A stretch of DNA of 36,424 bases from Myxococcota bacterium (GTDB taxonomy: Bacteria; Myxococcota_A; Polyangia; Polyangiales; Sandaracinaceae). Position numbers and translations under genes: made by a program. Under the pieces are notes generated by a model that did not search any database, was not told the origin of the DNA, and saw only the letters and a program-made list of their open reading frames with translations. Below, in pieces: positions 28,878-36,424 of the stretch (positions are counted from its first letter, which is position 1; each line of letters begins with the position of its first letter). Where the stretch lies: contig JAYZQJ010000117.1 in assembly GCA_036149055.1 (NCBI GenBank), positions 1 through 36,424 of the forward strand. Reading direction: 5' to 3'.

Positions 28878-30356
28878 CTAGCGCCGACGACGGCGGCGGC
28901 GGCGGCGGGGGCGCGCGTTGGCGTCGGGCTTGGGCTGCTCGTCGAGCCACTCCGGGCGGCGCTCGCCGCGCGCGTCGCACTCGATCGCGAAGAGGGTGGC
29001 CGCGTCGCCGAAGTACTCGCGGCGCGGCAGGGCGCCGAGGCGACCGGCGAGGAGGCGGCGCTGGGCCTGCACGATGTTCCGGGCGCGCTCCTTCATCCGG
29101 CGCGGCACCGCGAGCGTCTCCACGACCTCGCTCATCAGGCTCTCGTAGCCCTTCATCGGATCTTTCGCGCCGGCCATCGCCTCGGTGATCGGGCCGAGCA
29201 TGAGGGCCGCGAAGAGCACCGGATCGCCGGGGAGCGTGCCGGCGCGCTTGAGCGTGTCGATCGCGGCGAGGCGCTTCCAGAGGAGGCGCGCCTCCGCGCT
29301 GTCGTCGTCGAGGTGCACCGCGAGCTGGGGCAGCAGCACCCCGAGCGCGCCCGTCTCCCACATCAGCCAGTAGGAGCGGTGGGCGGCGCCGCCGCGGAGG
29401 AGCCGCAGCAGCTCCTCGAGGAGCCGGGGGCGGGCGGCCCGGGCGAGCTCGTCCCGCTGCGCGACCATCGCGTCGTAGACGTCCGGGTGGATGCCGAGGT
29501 CGAGGCGGGCGCTGAACTTGATGGCGCGCAGGATCCGGACCGGGTCCTCGCGGAAGCGGAGGTCGGGCGCGCCGATGGTGCGCACCACCCGGTTCTTCAC
29601 GTCCTCGACGCCGCCGACGTAGTCGATGACGGTGTTCTCTTCGCTGTCGTAGAACAGCCCGTTGATCGTGAAGTCGCGGCGGAGCGCGTCCTCGTGCGGC
29701 TCGCCGAAGACGTTGTCGTGCCGGATGAGCAGGTCGACGTCGTCGCGGCGGCGCGCGATGCGCTTCTTCTTCTCGAGCGCGTCCATCTCCTCCTTGAACT
29801 CGCCCTCCACCTGGTCGAACGCCTCGGTGGGGTCGCGCCGGAAGGTCGCGGTCTCGATGATCTTGCCGCCGGCGAAGAGGATGTGCGCCAGGCGGAAGCG
29901 GCGGCCGATGATGCGGCAGTTGCGGAAGAGGGAGCGCACCTCGCTCGGGCGGGCGCTGGTCGCGATGTCGAAGTCCTTCGGCTTCACGCCGAGGAGCAGG
30001 TCGCGGACGCCGCCGCCCACGAGGTAGGCGTCGTGGCCGTAGCGGCGGAGCCGGCGGATGACCTTGAGCGCGTCGGGGTCGATGTCCTCCTTGCGGACCT
30101 CGGCCGGGACGACGAGCGGCTCCGGGCCGCCGGGCGGGCGCTCGCGCTTGGGCGCGGGGGCGTCGTCGTCGTCGTCGCCGCCGTCACCGCGTCCGTCGCC
30201 GCGTCCGTCGTCGCGGCCCGTGTCGGCGCTCTCGACGTCCTCCGGCGCGCGTCGACGACGGCGCCGTCGGCGCCTCCGGGTGGGGGCGTCGCTGTCCGCG
30301 GCGGTCTCGCCGCTCTCCGACGGTGAGCTCTGGGGTTCGGACGAGGCGGAGTCCAT
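28878..30356 (-). CDS. pcnB: Poly(A) polymerase I (492 aa)
   Basis: AYLVGGGVRDLLLG, KDFDIAT, PAP-specific signature IIGRRFRLAHI, RRDFTING, EDPVRILRA. Start MDSASS at 30356. Confidence 0.93.
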   Translation of the reverse strand: MDSASSEPQSSPSESGETAADSDAPTRRRRRRRRRRAPEDVESADTGRDDGRGDGRGDGGDDDDDAPAPKRERPPGGPEPLVVPAEVRKEDIDPDALKVIRRLRRYGHDAYLVGGGVRDLLLGVKPKDFDIATSARPSEVRSLFRNCRIIGRRFRLAHILFAGGKIIETATFRRDPTEAFDQVEGEFKEEMDALEKKKRIARRRDDVDLLIRHDNVFGEPHEDALRRDFTINGLFYDSEENTVIDYVGGVEDVKNRVVRTIGAPDLRFREDPVRILRAIKFSARLDLGIHPDVYDAMVAQRDELARAARPRLLEELLRLLRGGAAHRSYWLMWETGALGVLLPQLAVHLDDDSAEARLLWKRLAAIDTLKRAGTLPGDPVLFAALMLGPITEAMAGAKDPMKGYESLMSEVVETLAVPRRMKERARNIVQAQRRLLAGRLGALPRREYFGDAATLFAIECDARGERRPEWLDEQPKPDANARPRRRRRRRRR

Positions 30357-30493
30357 GTTGTCGAAATCTCGGAGGTTTCGGCCCTCGCCGGTACCTCCGC
30401 ACGCGCTCCGGGGCCGCGTCGGCGCGGCGACGTGCGCCAAGTCACCCCTTAGCAAGGCTGGCTCATCCCGGCAACGGGCTATGGTGCGGCCCG

Positions 30494-31573
30494 ATGGCTG
30501 AATCCGAGCTTCGTGCCCTCGCGGGCCAGGTGATCGTGGCCGGCTACCCCGCCGGCGATCCTCCCGAGGCGATCCGTCGCCGCCTCTCCGAGCGGGCGCT
30601 CGGCGGGGTGATCCTCTTCAAGCGGAACCTCGAGGGGCTGGCCCCGGTCGAGGTGGCCGAGCACCTCGCGGGGATCGCCGCGGCCACCGCGGGGCCGGCG
30701 CCCCTGGTCGCGGTCGATCAGGAGGGCGGGCGGGTCGAGCGGCTGAAGTCGCCGGTGCTGGAGCTGCCCCCGATGCGGGCCCTCGGCGACCACGACGACG
30801 TCGGGCTGACCCGGCGGGTGGGGGCGGCCCTGGGCGCGCAGCTCGCGGCGCTCGGCTTCACCGTCGACTTCGCCCCGGTGCTCGACGTCGACACCAACCC
30901 CGCCAACCCGGTCATCGGGGACCGGAGCTTCGGGGCCGACCCGGAGAAGGTCGCGCGGCACGGCCTCGCGTTCGCGGCCGGGCTCGCCGAGGCCGGGCTG
31001 CTCGCCTGCGGCAAGCACTTCCCCGGGCACGGGGACACGGCCCAGGACAGCCACTTCGATCTCCCGTCGCTGCCGCACGACATGGAGCGGCTCGAGCGGG
31101 TCGAGCTCGTCCCGTTCCGGGCCGCCGCCGGCGCGGTGGGCTCGATCATGACCGCGCACATCGTCTTCGAGGCCCTCGACCCCGACCGCCCGGCGACCCT
31201 GTCCAAGCGGGTGATCACGGGGCTCCTGCGCGAGACCCTCGGCTACGACGGCCTGATCGTGAGCGACGACCTCGAGATGAAGGCGATCGCCGACCACTTC
31301 ACCCCCGGCCAGGCGGCGGTCGAGGCGATCGCGGCCGGCTGCGACGCGCTGCTGATCTGCAAGACGGTCTCCCTGGTGGACGAGGCGGCCGAGGCGCTCG
31401 CGTCCGAGGCCTCACACGACCCCGCGTTCGCGGCGCGGCTCCGGGAGGCGGCGGCCCGGGTCCACGCGGCGCGCGCCCGGCTCACCTGCGCGCCGGTCAC
31501 CGACCCCGACGCCCTGCGCCGCCTGTTCGACGCGGCGGCGCCGCTCCGCGCCGAGCTGTCCCGGATGGGCTGA
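30494..31573 (+). CDS. nagZ: Beta-N-acetylhexosaminidase (GH3) (359 aa)
   Basis: GGVILFKRN, VDQEGGRVER, FAPVLD, IGDRSFG, KHFPGHGDTAQDSH, SDDLEMKA. Confidence 0.95.
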   Translation: MAESELRALAGQVIVAGYPAGDPPEAIRRRLSERALGGVILFKRNLEGLAPVEVAEHLAGIAAATAGPAPLVAVDQEGGRVERLKSPVLELPPMRALGDHDDVGLTRRVGAALGAQLAALGFTVDFAPVLDVDTNPANPVIGDRSFGADPEKVARHGLAFAAGLAEAGLLACGKHFPGHGDTAQDSHFDLPSLPHDMERLERVELVPFRAAAGAVGSIMTAHIVFEALDPDRPATLSKRVITGLLRETLGYDGLIVSDDLEMKAIADHFTPGQAAVEAIAAGCDALLICKTVSLVDEAAEALASEASHDPAFAARLREAAARVHAARARLTCAPVTDPDALRRLFDAAAPLRAELSRMG

Positions 31574-31605
31574 GCTCGCGTATCCTCGTCGAGACGGGGG
31601 CACGG

Positions 31606-32733
31606 GTGGAGGAGCTCGAATCGCTGAGGGCGGAGAACGGCGCGCTGCGACGCGCGATCGCGCTCCTGCACGAGATCTCGGTGCTCGTGCGCTCGGCCCA
31701 GGAGCTCGAGCCCACCTGCTACGCGCTCCTCACCGGGGTGACCGCGGGGGTCGGGCTGGGCATGCACCGGGCGGCCATCTTCCTCGGCGAGCCGGGCGCG
31801 CCGCTGATCGGCATGGCCGGCGTGGGGCCCAGCGACGAGGCGGAGGCCGACCGGGTCTGGCGGTCGATCGCGGCCGAGCGGCCCGATCTCCAGACCCTCT
31901 ACGAGGCCGGGCTGGCGCGGCGGGCGTCCCCGGGCCGCTTCGACCAGCGCGTCCAGGGGCTCGAGGTCGACCCCCGCGGGCGGAGCCCGATCGCGATGGC
32001 GCTGCGGCGGGGCAAGGTGGTGCACGGTGAGGGCGACGACGACCTGGCCGGCCTGCTGCACGTGCCGTCGGTCCTCGCCGCGCCCCTCCGCGGTCAGCGG
32101 CGCATCCGCGGCGTGCTGGTGGCCGACCGCCGCTTCGACGGAGCCCCGATCGACGACGCGACCCGGCTCGTCTTCGACCTGCTCGCCGATCACGCCGGGC
32201 GCGCGGTCGAGACCGCCGAGCAGTTCGAGCGGCTCGCGCGCGAGGCCCGCACCGATCCCCTCACCGGCCTCGGGAGCCGGCGGAGCTTCGACGAGCGCCT
32301 GCTCGAGGCGGTCGCCGCCGCCCTCGCTGATGGCCCGAGCGTCGGGCTCCTGATGATGGACCTGGACGACTTCAAGCTGCTCAACGACACCTACGGGCAC
32401 CCGGCGGGTGACCGCGTGCTGGCCGCCATCGGCGAGCGGCTGCACGCCACGCTGCGGCCGGGGGAGGGCTACCGCTACGGCGGCGAGGAGCTGGCGGTGG
32501 TGCTGCCGGGGGTGCGGGCCGACACGCTGAGCGCGGCCGCCGATCGCATCTGGAGGGCGATCACCGACGCGCCGGTCGAGCTGCCGAGCGGGCCCGCGGT
32601 GCGCATCGGCTGCTCGGTCGGCGGGGCGATCCTGCCGGGGCGCGCCGAGGACGCGGAGGGGCTCGTGCAGGCGGCCGACGAGGCGCTGCTCCGGGCGAAG
32701 GGCGAGGGGAAGAACCGGATCAGGTTTGCGTGA
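31606..32733 (+). CDS. GAF-like sensor diguanylate cyclase (375 aa)
   Basis: TDPLTGL, DLDDFKLLNDTYGHPAGD, RYGGEEL, ADEALLRAKGEGKNR; N-terminal GAF-like region; GTG start. Confidence 0.92.
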   Translation: MEELESLRAENGALRRAIALLHEISVLVRSAQELEPTCYALLTGVTAGVGLGMHRAAIFLGEPGAPLIGMAGVGPSDEAEADRVWRSIAAERPDLQTLYEAGLARRASPGRFDQRVQGLEVDPRGRSPIAMALRRGKVVHGEGDDDLAGLLHVPSVLAAPLRGQRRIRGVLVADRRFDGAPIDDATRLVFDLLADHAGRAVETAEQFERLAREARTDPLTGLGSRRSFDERLLEAVAAALADGPSVGLLMMDLDDFKLLNDTYGHPAGDRVLAAIGERLHATLRPGEGYRYGGEELAVVLPGVRADTLSAAADRIWRAITDAPVELPSGPAVRIGCSVGGAILPGRAEDAEGLVQAADEALLRAKGEGKNRIRFA

Positions 32734-32764
32734 CCGGGCGGGCTGACGCATCCCTCCCGGTCCG

Positions 32765-33550
<786 letters not shown>

Positions 33551-33554
33551 CGTC

Positions 33555-33611
33555 TCGACGCGGCCGCCTCGGGGCCTTAAAGTCCGACCGTCGGGGCCCG
33601 GACCGGGCCCC
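33555..33611 (+). promoter_or_regulatory. Candidate hflX promoter and leader hairpin
   Basis: TCGACG-N17-TAAAGT (33555-33583), then inverted repeat ggggcccgg-a-ccgggcccc (33593-33611), AAGGA RBS and TTG start. Confidence 0.4.
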
Positions 33612-33631
33612 CGGAAGGAAACGAAGACTTT

Positions 33632-35359
33632 TTGCAGATCTACGGCAACACCAACGGGCTCGCGCCGTCCGACATCAAGGCGCTCGAGCGCATCTACCGC
33701 CGCAAGGTCCCCTTCGATCGACTCCTGACCCCCGAGCTGACGCGCTCGCTCTGCGACGTCGCGCACCGGACGGGGCGGCAGGTGGGTGTGCTCGTGGACC
33801 GTCGCGGGACGGTGGACTTCGTCATCGTCGGCGACGCCCACAAGCTCTGGCTGCCCGACTTCGGCCGCCTCCGCGCCGCGCAGGGTCGCTTCCGGGGCCT
33901 CCGCCTGGTCCACACGCACCTCAACCAGGAGGGGCTGACGCGGGACGACATCGTCGACCTCACGCGCCTGCGCCTCGACCTGGTGGCGGCGGTCTGTCTC
34001 TCGCCCGAGGGCCAGCCGACCTCGGTGCACTACGGGCACAACGTCCCGGTGCCGGACGGCTCGGGGCAGACGCCGTACGTCACCCACGGGCCGATCCCCT
34101 ACGGCAAGCTCGACGTGAACCCCGAGCAGCTGATCGGCGCGCTCGAGGAGGAGTTCGCGCGGGCCAAGCGGGGCCGCGAGGTCGAGGCCAAGGACGGCCG
34201 CGCGATCCTCGTGCACGTGACCGACAAGCGGAACGCGTGGGGCGCGGAGGGCTCGCTGCGGGAGCTCGAGGAACTCGCCCACACCGCGGGCGTCGAGGTG
34301 GCCGACACCGTGCTCCAGGTGCGCGACCGGGTGGACCCGAAGTTCGTGCTCGGCCGCGGCAAGGTCGACAGCGTCGTGCTGCGCGCGATGCAGCTCGACG
34401 TCGAGGTGCTCATCTTCGACCGCAACCTCAGCCCGGCGCAGTCGGCCGCGCTCGCGCGCGTGACCGACCTCAAGATCATCGACCGGACCCAGCTCATCCT
34501 CGACATCTTCGCCCAGCGCGCGGAGAGCCGGGACGGCAAGCTCCAGGTCGAGCTCGCCCAGATGAAGTATCTGCTGCCTCGGCTGGGCGCGAAGGACGAC
34601 TCGCTCTCGCGTCTGACCGGCGGCATCGGCGGGCGCGGCCCCGGTGAGACCAAGCTCGAGATCGGGCGCCGCCGCGCGCGCGAGCGGATCACCCGCCTCG
34701 AGCGCGAGCTGAAGAACCTCGGCAAGCAGCGCAAGCAGCGCCGGAGCCGCCGGGCCAAGCGCGGCGTGCCGATCGTCTCGATCGTCGGCTACACCAACGC
34801 GGGCAAGAGCACGCTGCTCAACGCGTTGACGGAGTCGGACGTGCTCGCGGAGGACAAGCTCTTCGCCACGCTCGACACCCGCAGCCGCCGCATCCGCTTC
34901 CCGCGCGAGCGGGAGGTCATCATCACCGACACGGTCGGCTTCATCCGGGAGCTGCCGAAGGACCTCTTCGCGGCGTTCCGGGCGACGTTCGAGGAGGCGC
35001 AGGACGCCGATCTGCTGCTGCACGTGGTCGACGTCAGCGATCCGGCCCTCAGCGACCACATGAAGACGACCGAGGAGATCCTCTCGAAGCTCGACCTCGT
35101 CTCGGTGCCGCGGCTGCTGGTGTTCAACAAGGCGGACGTGCTCTCCGAGGGCGAGGCGGCCCGCATGGCGGAGGCGCGCGACGGGATCGCGGTGAGCGCG
35201 CTCGATCGCGCGAGCCTCGAGCCGCTCCTCCTCGAGATCGAGCGTCGCCTCTACCCCGGCGGCGAGGACGAGCTCTGGCCCCGCGAAGAGGACGAGGTCG
35301 AGGGCGAAGACGGCGAGCTCGAGGACCTCACCGAGAGCGGCGCCGAGGCGGTGGCGTGA
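33632..35359 (+). CDS. hflX: Ribosome-splitting GTPase HflX, long form with N-terminal extension (575 aa)
   Basis: [45 protein letters not shown]1 [26 protein letters not shown] start. Confidence 0.96.
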   Translation: MQIYGNTNGLAPSDIKALERIYRRKVPFDRLLTPELTRSLCDVAHRTGRQVGVLVDRRGTVDFVIVGDAHKLWLPDFGRLRAAQGRFRGLRLVHTHLNQEGLTRDDIVDLTRLRLDLVAAVCLSPEGQPTSVHYGHNVPVPDGSGQTPYVTHGPIPYGKLDVNPEQLIGALEEEFARAKRGREVEAKDGRAILVHVTDKRNAWGAEGSLRELEELAHTAGVEVADTVLQVRDRVDPKFVLGRGKVDSVVLRAMQLDVEVLIFDRNLSPAQSAALARVTDLKIIDRTQLILDIFAQRAESRDGKLQVELAQMKYLLPRLGAKDDSLSRLTGGIGGRGPGETKLEIGRRRARERITRLERELKNLGKQRKQRRSRRAKRGVPIVSIVGYTNAGKSTLLNALTESDVLAEDKLFATLDTRSRRIRFPREREVIITDTVGFIRELPKDLFAAFRATFEEAQDADLLLHVVDVSDPALSDHMKTTEEILSKLDLVSVPRLLVFNKADVLSEGEAARMAEARDGIAVSALDRASLEPLLLEIERRLYPGGEDELWPREEDEVEGEDGELEDLTESGAEAVA

Positions 35360-35363
35360 CGCC

Positions 35364-36149
35364 GTGGCCGCCTGGCTCACGGGGCTGACGTTCGTCGAGG
35401 CGCTCGGGTGGGCGTCCGCGCTCTTCGTCTCGCTCACGCTGGTGTCGCTGGCGGCCGGCTACGCGGTCGAGCGCCGCACCTGGGCCACGGCCGGCAAGAT
35501 CTTCGACGTGCCCGCGCGGCGCGGGCAGCTCCGCCACGAGGTGATCGGCACGGCGCTCTTCCACGTGATCTGGCTGCCCGCGGTCGCCGGCGCGCTCGCG
35601 AGCGGCCTCGTCCGCTTCTCGGGCGGGCTGGGCCGAGAGCTGGTGACCTTCTTCGGCGCGATGTTCTTCTTCCAGGTCTACTACTGGCTGATGCACCGCG
35701 CGATGCACTGGCGGCCGCTCTTCTTCCTCCACCGCTGGCACCACCGCTCGCTCGTCACGAGCCCGATGACCGGCTTCTCGATGAGCCCGCTCGAGGCGGT
35801 CGGGTGGACGGTCGGCTTCCTGGCTCCGGCCGCGCTCCTGTCGCTGGCGGGCGGCGCGGGCGCGTGGGGCTACCTCGGGTTCCTCGGCGTCGCCTGGTAC
35901 GGCAACATCGCCGGGCACGCGAACGCCGAGTACATGCCGGCGCTCACCTCCACGCGCTGGGGCAGCCGGCTCTTCTCCAACCCGATCAGCTACCACGCGC
36001 TCCATCACGCGCGCTTCGATCGGCACTACGGCTTCGCGACCGCGTGGATGGACGCGATCTTCGGGACGCAGTGGCCCGACTGGATCCCGCTCAGCCGCCG
36101 GGTGCGGGGCGGGGCCCCGATGACCAGCCTCCGCGAGCGGGCCGACTGA
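35364..36149 (+). CDS. Sterol desaturase / fatty acid hydroxylase superfamily protein (261 aa)
   Basis: His boxes YYWLMHRAMH, LHRWHH, GHAN, HALHH...YG...WMDAIFGT; several TM helices; GTG start. Confidence 0.9.
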   Translation: MAAWLTGLTFVEALGWASALFVSLTLVSLAAGYAVERRTWATAGKIFDVPARRGQLRHEVIGTALFHVIWLPAVAGALASGLVRFSGGLGRELVTFFGAMFFFQVYYWLMHRAMHWRPLFFLHRWHHRSLVTSPMTGFSMSPLEAVGWTVGFLAPAALLSLAGGAGAWGYLGFLGVAWYGNIAGHANAEYMPALTSTRWGSRLFSNPISYHALHHARFDRHYGFATAWMDAIFGTQWPDWIPLSRRVRGGAPMTSLRERAD

Positions 36150-36151
36150 TC

Positions 36152-36270
36152 GAGGTGCGGCAAACATTGCCGCAGCACGCGCGCGCGCGTGAGATGGGGA
36201 GGGAGCCCGAGCCGGCTTTGCCGGGCGGGCGGGAGGGGGCGCATGGGGGCGCATCTCCCCTCCGGAAAAC
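36152..36270 (+). repeat. Dispersed structured repeat element, copy 2
   Basis: Matches the reverse complement of 13872-13984; begins 2 nt after the desaturase stop codon. Confidence 0.9.
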
Positions 36271-36303
36271 ACCTGTGTTCGATCCCGCGGACGCGGGCGG
36301 CCA

Positions 36304-36424
36304 GCTCGCGCGCAGCGCGAGCGCGAGCCGCAGGGCCCCCAGCGCCCCGTCGCTGGGGTCGCGGCGCGAGCGCGCAGCGCGAGGCGCCGGCGGAGTCGGG
36401 AGGGGGGCCCCATTGGCGCTTTGC
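36304..36424. repeat. Second palindrome-rich intergenic element, cut by the window edge
   Basis: gcgcgcagcgcgag occurs twice (36308-36321, 36370-36383); hairpins gctcgcgc-gca-gcgcgagc and ccccagcg-N6-cgctgggg. Confidence 0.5.

Overview
Very GC-rich, gene-dense window that looks like a myxobacterial chromosome (Myxococcota, probably Polyangiales/Sandaracinaceae-like). This is inferred from MYXO-CTERM-like tails, Myxococcus-type Cys-rich repeats, a Hanks-type kinase and many lipoproteins. About 30 CDSs. Left part: a FOXRED2-like flavoprotein, then a membrane Ser/Thr kinase divergent from a five-gene surface-protein cluster (TPR protein, beta-propeller lipoprotein, FG-GAP/ASPIC MYXO-CTERM protein, Cys-repeat lipoprotein, small lipoprotein). 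Middle: M28 peptidase, four-repeat lipoprotein, tandem-FHA membrane protein, PilZ-TM protein, TetR + MlrC-type M81 peptidase with a clear operator palindrome, V4R-like gene/hypothetical/coaX, and a coupled trio of an apparently inactive MXAN_6640-like protein, an S8 protease and a Cys-motif protein. Right part is mostly housekeeping: DUF808, DUF434, pcnB, nagZ, diguanylate cyclase, xth, hflX, sterol-desaturase family. I saw no rRNA, tRNA, CRISPR array or transposase. The clearest non-coding signal is a ~115-nt multi-hairpin element present twice (13872-13984 and 36152-36270), each copy directly after a stop codon. Family calls come from motifs recognised by eye, not database searches, and several starts were moved downstream of the ORF-track starts. 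No new system is proven here; the best candidates are listed as hypotheses.
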